Assembly (NCBI GenBank): GCA_963798485.1
Contig: CAWCTR010000008.1
Coordinates: 128,001 to 192,000 of the forward strand
Direction of reading: 5' to 3'
Source of the DNA: an uncultured delta proteobacterium
Lineage (GTDB): Bacteria > Desulfobacterota > Desulfomonilia > UBA1062
Length of the DNA stretch: 64,000 bases
Position numbers and translations under genes: made by a program. The notes beneath the pieces were generated by a model. It saw only the letters and a list, made by a program, of their open reading frames with translations, did not search any database and had not been told where the DNA came from. Position 1 is the first letter of the stretch; each line of letters begins with the position of its first letter. Below are positions 52,759-62,400 of the stretch, piece after piece.

Positions 52759-52900
52759 AGATTATAACACATTATAATCATATCTAAAAAACTCTATAAC
52801 GGGGGGTCGATTCCCCCCGCCTCCACCACTTGTACAGATTATAACACTTTATAATCACTATCTAAAAAACTCTATAACGGGGGTTCGATTCCCCCCGCCT
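52759..52900 (+). repeat. Tandem repeat (two copies) ending in the tmRNA (ssrA) 3' end; att-like scars
   Basis: 52759-52828 and 52836-52900: AT-rich arm plus acggggg(g/t)tcgattccccccgcct(ccacca). Confidence 0.75.
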
Positions 52901-53102
52901 TCTCGATGCATCCTGATATACCCTTGGTGTGCCTGAAGAATGCAACTCCGGAGAGCGCGGGGTACTTGGCCTGGCACTCTCGCCACTCGGCTATGTGGTC
53001 TGGGTGTAGCCGGATCATCTTGAACTCGTTTTTCTGGTTCATCATCGCACTTTTTTTGCAGATCTAACGTATAGCCAGTTTGGAGCATGCCAATGCTTCC
53101 TT

Positions 53103-54392
53103 CTAAAGTGTTCCCATGGAGGCACGCAAGGCTGCCATGGCCCTGGCATGATCAACTCGCGCCATTATGTAGTTGTTTTTCGCCCTGACAAGAAGAGTTT
53201 GCGCCCTGAGCACATCATCAGTAGTGGCTACCTGAAGGTTGTAACTGTCTTTTTCTATCCTTGCGAATTCTTCTGCCTGGGCAATGGCCTTTTCGGCGAC
53301 CTTTAAACGGGCCTGGGCCTCCTCTATATTGAGGTAAGAGTTTTTGACCTCAAGGGTAACCTGGTTTTTCAGGCTTTCTAAAAGGAACCCTGCCTTGGCG
53401 TTCATATATTGGGACTTGTTGTAATTCCAATAACCCGAGCCTCCGGAAAAAAGATTCCAGGTTAGCCCGATCCCGGCCTTCCATGTGTCATATTTGAGAG
53501 TTGGATCATACCCTGCCTGATTCTCATAGCCATATGTCGCGGCCACACTCGGCATGAATGCAGACTTTGCAATAGTAATCCCCTTGGTGGAATTGTCTAC
53601 CTGGAGCTTCGCTGTTTTGATCTCCTGCCTGTTTTCCATAGCAGTGACAAGTGATTGGTCAAAGGTGATTTCCAGCTTGTTCACGGGTATCTCCGAGTCT
53701 ATGTTCACATCATCAATAAGGTTTCTTTGCAGGAGAATGTTCATGTTCGATTCTGCAATTTTCACTGCATTTTCAGCGGTGATAAGGAGCTCTTCACTCT
53801 CTGCATATTGCACCTGTGCTTCCAACAAGTCGTTTTTTGGAATCATGCCCTCGTTGAAGAAGGCAGAGGCAACATCAAGATGGCTTTTGACGGAAGATAC
53901 ATTACTTTTAGCCACTTCATGTTGCTGTCTGGCCTTGATAACCCCATAGTAAGCATCAATGGCTATAAGCTTGAGGTCACGGATGTACTTCTCCCTCTCG
54001 ATCTCGGCAGAGAACTGGTCGTTCTTTGCAATGAGGTAGCTGTTGTACAAGGCCCCCCCGGCAAAGAGTACCTGCTTGGCCTCGATATCCATATCGTAAT
54101 TTCCCTTCTGGTTGAAGGGGAGCGGGCCTATCGGTGGAGGGAATGGCAATATCTCAAGCTGGCTGAATCTCATATACCCGTATGTGGCGTCCAACGAAGG
54201 GAGCATCTTGGAGAACTGGGACTTTTTGTCCATATCCTTCACGAGAACATCCTGGTCCTGGGCCTTAACGCCGGGGTTGCGCTCAATGACCATCTTAATG
54301 GAATCTTCGAGCGTCATGTAATCGGATGCATACCCGCTGAGTGCCCCCAAGAAGAAAAACCCGATCATGGTTAAAAAGATAATTTTCCTCAC
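53103..54392 (-). CDS. TolC-family protein
   Basis: Signal peptide, OEP repeats, GMIPKNDLL, WNLFSGG. Confidence 0.85.
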   Translation of the reverse strand: MRKIIFLTMIGFFFLGALSGYASDYMTLEDSIKMVIERNPGVKAQDQDVLVKDMDKKSQFSKMLPSLDATYGYMRFSQLEILPFPPPIGPLPFNQKGNYDMDIEAKQVLFAGGALYNSYLIAKNDQFSAEIEREKYIRDLKLIAIDAYYGVIKARQQHEVAKSNVSSVKSHLDVASAFFNEGMIPKNDLLEAQVQYAESEELLITAENAVKIAESNMNILLQRNLIDDVNIDSEIPVNKLEITFDQSLVTAMENRQEIKTAKLQVDNSTKGITIAKSAFMPSVAATYGYENQAGYDPTLKYDTWKAGIGLTWNLFSGGSGYWNYNKSQYMNAKAGFLLESLKNQVTLEVKNSYLNIEEAQARLKVAEKAIAQAEEFARIEKDSYNLQVATTDDVLRAQTLLVRAKNNYIMARVDHARAMAALRASMGTL

Positions 54393-54799
54393 GGTAATAA
54401 CCTCCCTAGAAATTCGTCCAAAATGCCTGCAGTGAATTCTGCCGGTGCCTTTTCCGGTATGCCCAGGAAGTAGGTCTGGGCAATGGTAATGGTATGGATG
54501 ATCCCGAGCAGCATCATGGATTTCAGCTCTGGATCGAAGCGTTCACCCTTCCAGGACTTCTTTTTTACCAGAAGATTCTTGAGTGAGCTCATGAACTCGT
54601 CGAGCTCCTGTTTGATCACCTCGACAAAGAGGCTCTGCTTGCTAGGAAAAAATTGGTAGAGTGTCCCGACTCCGAACTCGGCCTTTGCGGCTATTTGGGC
54701 CATGGTGGTATTGAAAAAACCTTCCTTTTCAAAGACGACACGTGCTGCATCGAAGATGGTATCTTTTTTTAGAGCCAGTTCCCTTTCTTTCCTGGACAT
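54389..54799 (-). CDS. TetR-family regulator, short (possible internal deletion)
   Basis: TTMAQIAAKAEFGVGTLYQFFPSK; only about 136 aa. Confidence 0.7.
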   Translation of the reverse strand: MSRKERELALKKDTIFDAARVVFEKEGFFNTTMAQIAAKAEFGVGTLYQFFPSKQSLFVEVIKQELDEFMSSLKNLLVKKKSWKGERFDPELKSMMLLGIIHTITIAQTYFLGIPEKAPAEFTAGILDEFLGRLLP

Positions 54800-55044
54800 G
54801 GCCTGGGAATCTTTATTCAGATTGTGAACCATTATTCGCAAGTAAAACAATGATCTCTACTAGTCAAGTACCTTATATCCGTTAATTTCGTTGGGTGCCA
54901 TACCCAGAGCCGGCCTGATTTCATCATAGATTATATTATCAGACTTCCGTCACTTTCACCCCGAAACGATCCAGATGGTGCCACTATCGGAGCTCGTACT
55001 CTTTATTAGTCTTTTTCAATCTCCGACCAGACCGAAGCCCGGTG

Positions 55045-56349
55045 CTAATCCCAAGAAACGGAATAGACTTGGGCATCATGAGTGCCTCCGCCCGCCAGGT
55101 CGGTGCGGGCGGTGCCGGTCCAGTAGCAGGGTATGTCCTTCGTGCCGTCAGAGTAGCTCCCGGCCGTGTAGACCTTGCCGCCGGACACGGCTATTGAACT
55201 GGCATGGGCGTTATACGTCCCGTCGCCCGCCAGGTCGGTGCGGGTAGTGCCGGTCCAGTAGCAGGGGATGTCCTTCGTGCCGTCAGAGTAGTACCCTGCA
55301 GTATATACCGTGCCGCCGGATACGGCTATTGAATCGGCATAGCCGGCGTACGTGCTGCCGCCAGCAAGATCGGTGCGGGTAGTGCCGGTCCAGTAGCAAG
55401 GTCTGTCCTTCGCGCCGTCATTGTAGTACCCGGCCGTGTAGACCGTGCCGCCGGACACGGCTATTGAAAAGGGATAGCCGTCATACGTGCCGTCTCCCGG
55501 CAGATCGGTGCGGGTGGTGCCTGTCCAGTAGCAGGGTATGTCCTCCGTGCCGTCTGAGTAGCTCCCGGCCGTGTAGACCGTGCCGCCGGATACGGCTATT
55601 GAACTGGCATGGGCGCTATCTGTGCCGTCTCCCGGCAGATCGGTGCGGGTGGTGCCTGTCCAGTAGCAGGGTATGTCCTTCGCGCCGTCAGAGTAGTACC
55701 CTGCAGTATATACCGTGCCGCCGGACACGGTTATTGAATTGGCATAGCCGCCATACGTACCGTCTCCCGGTAGATCGGTGCGGATGGCGCCGGTCCAGTA
55801 GCAGGGTATGTGCTTCGTGCCATCAGAGTAGTATCCTGCCGTATAGACCGTATTGCTTGACACGTCTATTGAAGAGGCATAGGCGTCATGAATGCCGTCT
55901 CCCGGCAGATCGGTGCGGGCGGTGCCGGTCCAGTAGCAGGCTATGTCCTTCGTGCCGTCATTGTAGTACCCGGCAAATGCGGGTAAACTTACAGGTACGG
56001 TGAAGGTGGTTGAAGACGTTGCACTGTTACCCGTCACGCTGACTGTTATCGGCCCGGTTGTCGCGCCCTCAGGGACGGTAGTGACGATCTGGGTTGATGT
56101 GCAATTGGATACAACGGCGGCTGTCCCGTTAAAACTCACGGTATTGTTAGTCCAGGCTGTGCTGAAGTTTGTTCCCGTGATGGTTACGGTGTCGCCGACT
56201 TGACCACTCGTAGGCGTAAAGCTGGTGATCGTGAGGGATGATCCCGTCGTAGCACTGCCGCCACCATCTCCTCCACAACCAACAAAGAGTGAAATGATAG
56301 AAAGGACTACAACGAATCGAAAAACACCCGAGATCCTTACGTAGCACAT
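55045..56349 (-). CDS. Lipoprotein with IPT/TIG domain and seven 45-aa repeats (probable beta-propeller)
   Basis: Lipobox FVGC; ITSFTPTSGQVGDTVTITGTNF; repeats AGYYSDGTKDIPCYWTGTTRTDL with 135-nt period. Confidence 0.85.
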   Translation of the reverse strand: MCYVRISGVFRFVVVLSIISLFVGCGGDGGGSATTGSSLTITSFTPTSGQVGDTVTITGTNFSTAWTNNTVSFNGTAAVVSNCTSTQIVTTVPEGATTGPITVSVTGNSATSSTTFTVPVSLPAFAGYYNDGTKDIACYWTGTARTDLPGDGIHDAYASSIDVSSNTVYTAGYYSDGTKHIPCYWTGAIRTDLPGDGTYGGYANSITVSGGTVYTAGYYSDGAKDIPCYWTGTTRTDLPGDGTDSAHASSIAVSGGTVYTAGSYSDGTEDIPCYWTGTTRTDLPGDGTYDGYPFSIAVSGGTVYTAGYYNDGAKDRPCYWTGTTRTDLAGGSTYAGYADSIAVSGGTVYTAGYYSDGTKDIPCYWTGTTRTDLAGDGTYNAHASSIAVSGGKVYTAGSYSDGTKDIPCYWTGTARTDLAGGGTHDAQVYSVSWD

Positions 56350-56454
56350 AGAAATGCTCCTCTTGTAGAAATTTGGCACATCATCCGTGGGAGAGTCAAC
56401 CAGGTAATGGGCTACACCTGCGGATACGTTGATCCAGGTATCGACCGCTTAAGA

Positions 56455-57075
56455 CTACTGAACCGTCACGATAACCGAGTCTTGCGCTGTTTCTTCACTG
56501 CCGTCGGTCGCAGTGAGCGTCACTGTATAAGTACCGGCAGTGCTGAATATTATTGAGCCTGGATTCTGTGCGGTGCTGTTTGTTGCACCACCATCAAAGT
56601 CCCACTGATAGATGTATGGGCTTGTCCCACTAAACACCGTACCCTGGAAATTCACCGACTGTCCAGCAGAAATCGTTACATTCCCGAGGGGTGAGGTTAT
56701 GCTTACTGTATATGCCGTAGAAGGCTGAACGATCACGATAACCGAGGCTTGCGCTGTTTCTCCATCGCTGTCGGTCACCGTGAGAGTCACCGTATAAGTT
56801 CCGGCAGTGCTGCTGAATACTATTGAGCCAGGATTCTGCACGGTGCTGTTGGTCGCCCCTCCGTCAAAGTCCCACTGGAAGGTATACGGGCTTGTGCCAT
56901 TGGATACCGAGCATTCGAAATCCACCGGCTGTCCCGCAGAAATCGTTTTATTTCCTGAGAGTGAGGTTATATTCACTGTTAGGTTATCCTGCACGCTCCC
57001 GCACCCTGTAATAAGCATTACGGTGGAGAAAATACCGATTGCCCGTGTGATCATTGATAGTCTTGCTTTATCCAT
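56455..57075 (-). CDS. Lipoprotein with two PKD domains
   Basis: Lipobox ITGC; two copies of Y..QWDFDGG...GTYTVTLT.TD. Confidence 0.85.
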   Translation of the reverse strand: MDKARLSMITRAIGIFSTVMLITGCGSVQDNLTVNITSLSGNKTISAGQPVDFECSVSNGTSPYTFQWDFDGGATNSTVQNPGSIVFSSTAGTYTVTLTVTDSDGETAQASVIVIVQPSTAYTVSITSPLGNVTISAGQSVNFQGTVFSGTSPYIYQWDFDGGATNSTAQNPGSIIFSTAGTYTVTLTATDGSEETAQDSVIVTVQ

Positions 57076-57238
57076 TGATTATACCCCATAGGTACAAAAC
57101 AGTTTTCATATCTTAATATTATAAGATCATCAATACCAGAAATAAACCCTGTGTCGATGGAATATTTCATGGTTTCTCGCTATAAAGATCTTATTCATCA
57201 ACGATGTTAACGACATGTTAACGGCAAGAGGTTATCTC

Positions 57239-57760
57239 TTAGAGTTCCTTAGGCTCATGACGGAATTCTTTACCCTGGTGCGAATGCCGTTTTCCCCTCA
57301 TCTCATGAAACGTGGTCATAAGCCGGTGAAAACGATCCGGGCCAAGGATCTTTCTCATACCAAGCATATATTTGATACGCTCGTTCGAGATCTTCAGCCT
57401 GTCCTCTTCGACCACCTTGTTCTGGGCAAGCATGGATGTCTCATCAGCCGTATCCTTTTCAAGCATATCATGCAGCTTGAAGCGGGCTTTCATGAGAGAG
57501 CTCTTGAGATCGATAAGCGTATTACGGTTCTTTACGAACAGATCATCCAACGACTGCTTCTCTCCGGCAGTGATACCGAGATCCTTGGACAGCTCTTGAG
57601 ACTGCCACCACTTGAAATAGTGCATGCCTTGGTGCATACCGCAATGCATATCCTTTGCTTGGGCTTGTACTGCTCCGAAAAGAATGAATCCTGCCGAACA
57701 TATTAAAGCCATCATGAACAAAGACGTTTTCATAGAATTCTTTCCCTGCAATTCTTTCAT
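57239..57760 (-). CDS. Spy/CpxP-like periplasmic heavy-metal sensor
   Basis: Signal peptide, His/Met-rich N-terminus, KWWQ...LGIT. Confidence 0.7.
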   Translation of the reverse strand: MKELQGKNSMKTSLFMMALICSAGFILFGAVQAQAKDMHCGMHQGMHYFKWWQSQELSKDLGITAGEKQSLDDLFVKNRNTLIDLKSSLMKARFKLHDMLEKDTADETSMLAQNKVVEEDRLKISNERIKYMLGMRKILGPDRFHRLMTTFHEMRGKRHSHQGKEFRHEPKEL

Positions 57761-58299
57761 AGTGCCTCCTGTGTTTTTCTCTATAGCCGTTTAAGACGTG
57801 TGAGATATCCGAAATGTCTACATAAGGAGAATTTAGAGATTTGCCGGGTTATGAGGGGCCAAGCCTGACACTCTTGTCCGGCCAGCCCCATCGGGGCCGA
57901 TTATCAACAGCGAATCCTTATTTATTTTATCTCTTCAAGCCTTTGTATTGATAATGCTCCCGAAAGTATTTGTAGAGGAACTTCCGTTACTCCCAGTACT
58001 TGCCGTAGCATTTTGCTGAGAACGATGGTGGTGGTGATGGACGTGCCCTGTATTTTGTGCATCCTGAGCACTTTGCACAACCTGTTGTTGATAATAGTTG
58101 TCGCTCGATGAGATTCCTGAGACGGTTAATCATCTTGGGATGAATCGATCTTTTGATGTATAGACTTTATCTGAAACTCTATGGGGAAGGTTGGCTGTGC
58201 TTGAGGATGGAATTAGTCGTTGGGTTGCCGGATTATGGCATGGTACGCCACTCGCATATAGAATACTCTGTGTTACCATTTAAGGAGGAACGAGGTGTC

Positions 58300-58554
58300 A
58301 TGAACCAAGATATCGATAATCTCAAATTCTGGCGGGATCATATGGAAGCTGCGGAGACTAATATGAAGGCTACATTAAGGATGATTGATTCAATACTGGA
58401 GATTGTCGAGTCTCCACAGAATATCAAGTCAAGTCCAGAGCTCTGCAATGATGTTAGGGCCTTGGCGGGCCGTATCCGCTCATCCTTATCAGAACGACTG
58501 ATAGCCTTGGAGGACTTATTGGGATTTCTGAAGGAATATGAAATGAAGAAATAA
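58300..58554 (+). CDS. Hypothetical helical protein
   Basis: GAGGTG RBS before ATG; 84 aa. Confidence 0.45.
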   Translation: MNQDIDNLKFWRDHMEAAETNMKATLRMIDSILEIVESPQNIKSSPELCNDVRALAGRIRSSLSERLIALEDLLGFLKEYEMKK

Positions 58555-58675
58555 GCGGAGGAAGTATACCCCGGTAAACAGATTCTGTCCTTTATGTAGG
58601 TTTTGAGATGTCCCAAAACCGATGATAAGTGATCTATAGTTTTATTCTGATATCCCATAAGAAATTAAAGTGAGA

Positions 58676-58793
58676 TGTCGGGATATTTTACAGCAGGAAA
58701 TAGCATACAACTATATAATATATTGAGTTAAAATTAACATAAATTACATTTTCGTTACATTCGTACGGCTGATAACTGTCGGAATACTTTACA
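58676..58793 (+). promoter_or_regulatory. Two TGTCGG-N5-TTTACA enhancer-like sites (58676-58692, 58777-58793)
   Basis: tgtcgggatattttaca and tgtcggaatactttaca, 101 bp apart, upstream of a sigma54 site. Confidence 0.6.
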
Positions 58794-58856
58794 ACCATCC
58801 TGGTATTTCGATTGAATGGAATAATATCTTCAAATAATAACAATTGGTTATAAATA

Positions 58857-58872
58857 TGGCACAAATATTGCT
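58857..58872 (+). promoter_or_regulatory. sigma54 promoter TGGCACAAATATTGCT
   Basis: Consensus TGGCAC-N5-TTGC. Confidence 0.8.
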
Positions 58873-58977
58873 GCGGTCTTTTACTGAGAATTCATTTTTG
58901 GTTGGATTATGGGATATTTATGAGGGCACGTAACCTTTCAATAAATCCTTTAAATAAATTTTAGAAAGAGGGCATGC

Positions 58978-59427
58978 ATGAAAAACGCAAGAGTTGCTGT
59001 ACTGTGGTTGATTTTTCTTGGTTTTTTTATTTTAGTCGGTTGCGATAAGTCTCAGAATCCTGAAAATACAAGTACTGAGAAGCTTGACTTTAAAACCCCG
59101 TATCAGGTGGTTTTTCTTGACAATAACAATGCTTACATCGGGAAAACAGAGCAAACCGGCAAAGATTTCGTTCGCCTCAGTAATGTTTATTACATCCAAT
59201 CCCAGGTGAATCAAGAAACAAAGCAGGTATCAAATACGCTTACAAAACGGGGGAACGAGTTACATAAGCCCGATTTCATGTATATCAACACACGGCATAT
59301 TATAATGATAGAGCCTGTTACGCCTGATTCACAAGTGGCAAAGCTCATCACACAGTCCGAAAACCAAAAACAACCCGAGGCGCAAAAACAACCCGAGACC
59401 CAAAAACAACCAGAGGGCCCAAAATAA
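58978..59427 (+). CDS. Uncharacterised lipoprotein with C-terminal QKQPE x3
   Basis: Lipobox LVGC; YQVVFLDN..YIGK...VYYIQ...KRGNELHKPD..YIN. Confidence 0.75.
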   Translation: MKNARVAVLWLIFLGFFILVGCDKSQNPENTSTEKLDFKTPYQVVFLDNNNAYIGKTEQTGKDFVRLSNVYYIQSQVNQETKQVSNTLTKRGNELHKPDFMYINTRHIIMIEPVTPDSQVAKLITQSENQKQPEAQKQPETQKQPEGPK

Positions 59428-59444
59428 ACCAAGAGGGGTGAAGC

Positions 59445-62400
59445 ATGAAGTTCCAGGGAAGGTCAATTATGAGTCGTATCGTCCAAGGCAAGGGGCTGTG
59501 TTTCGCGTCCTTATGTACGTTTATCTTATTGTCGTGCGGTTCAGCTCTCGCGGCAGACGCCACCTGGAACAACGGAGCCAGCGGCAATTGGTCCACAGGT
59601 ACTTTGGTCATGGTCTCCGTCAGGTTCAAGCTATCCTAACAGCAGCACGACCAATGTCAATATCCTGGACGGCACCAGCACCGTTACGCTTGATACAAAC
59701 GTTTCTGTTGCCAGCCTCGCGCTAGCGAGCGGCAACACGCTGAACTTCACTCCGGGTCGGGTGCTATCTGTGTATGGGCCGCAAATCAATCAATGCCGGC
59801 ACCATCAACATCAACTCCGGCAGCGGCTCAAACACCGCACTTTACATCGCCGGCAACACGACTCTGTCGGGCACCGGCACGCTCAACCTGTCGTATAACG
59901 GGCACCGGGAGCGGAACGGCGTACATCCAGCAGTCGGGCAACCAGACGCTCACAAACCAGAGCACGATCGCGGGCGCCGGTATCATCGGCAATGGCGGTC
60001 TGACGCTCGTCAATGCCGGCACAGTCAATGCCAACGTCAGCGGCCAGACCCTGATCGTGAACCTCGGCAACGTCAACGCGGGCGGCGTCCTCAACAACAC
60101 CGGAGGCACGTTCGAGGCGACCGGCGGCGGCACGCTCGTACTGTCGGGGCAGACGATTACGAACACGACCGGACAGATCACGGCCTCAAGCGGCAGCACA
60201 GTCAACTTGTCGGGGACGACGATCAACGGCGGCACACTGACGGCGGCCTCCGGCGGTACGATGCAGACCGTCGGCAACGCGACTCTGAACGGCGTGACGC
60301 TGAACGGTAACTACCTCAGCGATGTCGGTACGAACACGTTTGTCTCGGGAATCATCACTCAGACCGGCAACCTGCAGCTCAATGCAGGCAACGGCAACAA
60401 CACGAGTCTCTTCATCGCCGGCGCAACGACGCTCACCGGCGGCACCGTCACGATGGCCTACACCGGCGGCAGCGGCACCGCCTTTATCCAGCAGTCGGGT
60501 AACCAGACGCTCACCAACGAAGAGACGATCCAGGGCGCCGGCATCATCGGCAATAACGGTCTGACGCTCGTTAACACCGTAAGCGGCATCATCAATGCCG
60601 ACGTTTCCGGCCTGACGCTGATGATCAACCCCGGCAACGTCAATGACGCGCATGGCCAGCTGCAGAACCAGGGCGTGCTTGAGGCGACGAACGGCGGCAC
60701 CCTGCTACTCCAGAACCAGAACGTCGTTAATACCGGCAACACGATCACCGCTACCGGCGCAGGCAGCGCCCTGCAACTGCAGAGCACGACCATCAACGGC
60801 GGCACGCTGATGGCGGCCTCCGGCGGCACGATGCAGACCATCCAAAATGCGACCCTGAACGGCGTGACGCTGAACGGCAACTACCTCAGCGATCTCGGTA
60901 CGAACACGTTTGTCTCGGGAATCATCACCCAGACCGGCAACCTGCAGCTCAATGCAGGCAACGGCAACAACACGAGTCTCTTCATCGCCGGCGCAACGAC
61001 GCTCACCGGCGGCACCGTCACGCTGGCCTACACCGGCGGCAGCGGAACCGTCTATATCCAGCAGTCGGGTAACCAGACGCTCACCAACGCCGAGACGATC
61101 CAGGGCGCCGGCATCATCGGCAATGGCGGTCTGACACTCGTTAACACCGTAAGCGGCATCATCAATGCCGACGTTTCCGGCCTGACGCTGATGATCAACC
61201 CCGGCAACGTCAATGACGCGCATGGCCAGCTGCAGAACCAGGGCGTGCTTGAGGCGACGAACGGCGGCACCCTGCTACTCCAGAACCAGAACGTCGTTAA
61301 TACCGGCAACACGATCACCGCTACCGGCACAGGCAGCGCCCTGCAGCTGCAGAGCACGACGATCAACGGCGGCACGCTGATGGCGGCCTCCGGCGGCACG
61401 ATGCAGACCATCCAAAATGCGACTCTGAACGGCGTGACGCTGAACGGCAACTACATGAGCGATCTCGGCACGAGCACGTATGTCTCGGGGACCATCACCC
61501 AGACCGGCAACCTGCAGCTCAATGCAGGCAACAGCAACAACACGAGTCTCTTCATCGCCGGCGCAACGACGCTCATCGGCGGCACCGTCACGATGGCCTA
61601 CACCGGCGGCAGCGGCACCGTCTATATCCAGCAGTCGGGCGGCAACCAGACGCTCACGAACGCCGAGACGATCCAGGGCGCCGGCATCATCGGCAATAAC
61701 GGTCTGACGCTCGTTAACACCGTAAGCGGCATCATCAATGCCGACGTTTCCGGCCAGACGCTGATGATCAACCCCGGCAACGTCCTCGATGCGCATGGCC
61801 AGCTGCAGAACCAGGGCGTGCTTGAGGCGACGAACGGAGGCACCCTGCTACTCCAGAACCAGAACGTCGTTAATACCGGCAACACGATCACCGCCACCGG
61901 CGCGGGCAGCGTGCTGCTCCTGCAGAGCACGACCATCAACGGCGGCACGCTCGCGACTTCGGGCGGCGGTACGATGCAGACCGTCCGAAATGCGACTCTG
62001 AACGGCGTCACGCTGAACGGCAACTACCTCGCTGACGTCGGCACGACGACGAACCTCACCGGGACGACCAGCCAAACCGGGACCCTGACCATCAACGCCG
62101 GCAGCGGCAACAACACTGTCCTCAACGTCGGTGGCGCCACGACGCTCGCCGGCGGTACCACGACGCTCGCCTTCAATGGCAGCGGCACGGGCGCAGCCAT
62201 CATCCAGCAGTCGGGCGGCAACCAGACGCTCACCAACGAAGAGACGATCCAGGGCACCGGCATCATCGGCAATGGCGGTCTGACGCTCGTCAACACCGCA
62301 AGCGGCACCATCAATGCCGACGTTTCCGGCCAGACGCTGACGATCAACCCCGGCAACGTCCTCGACGCGCATGGCCAGCTGCAGAACCAGGGCGTGCTTG

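Noticed and set aside
52759-52900. CRISPR array or intact tRNA/tmRNA gene
   Set aside because: Only two copies with no unique spacers and no cas genes; the 5' half of the RNA is absent
55045-55975. Diversity-generating retroelement TR/VR pair or CRISPR
   Set aside because: The repeats are in-frame coding units, the differences are not obviously adenine-specific, and no reverse transcriptase is in the window
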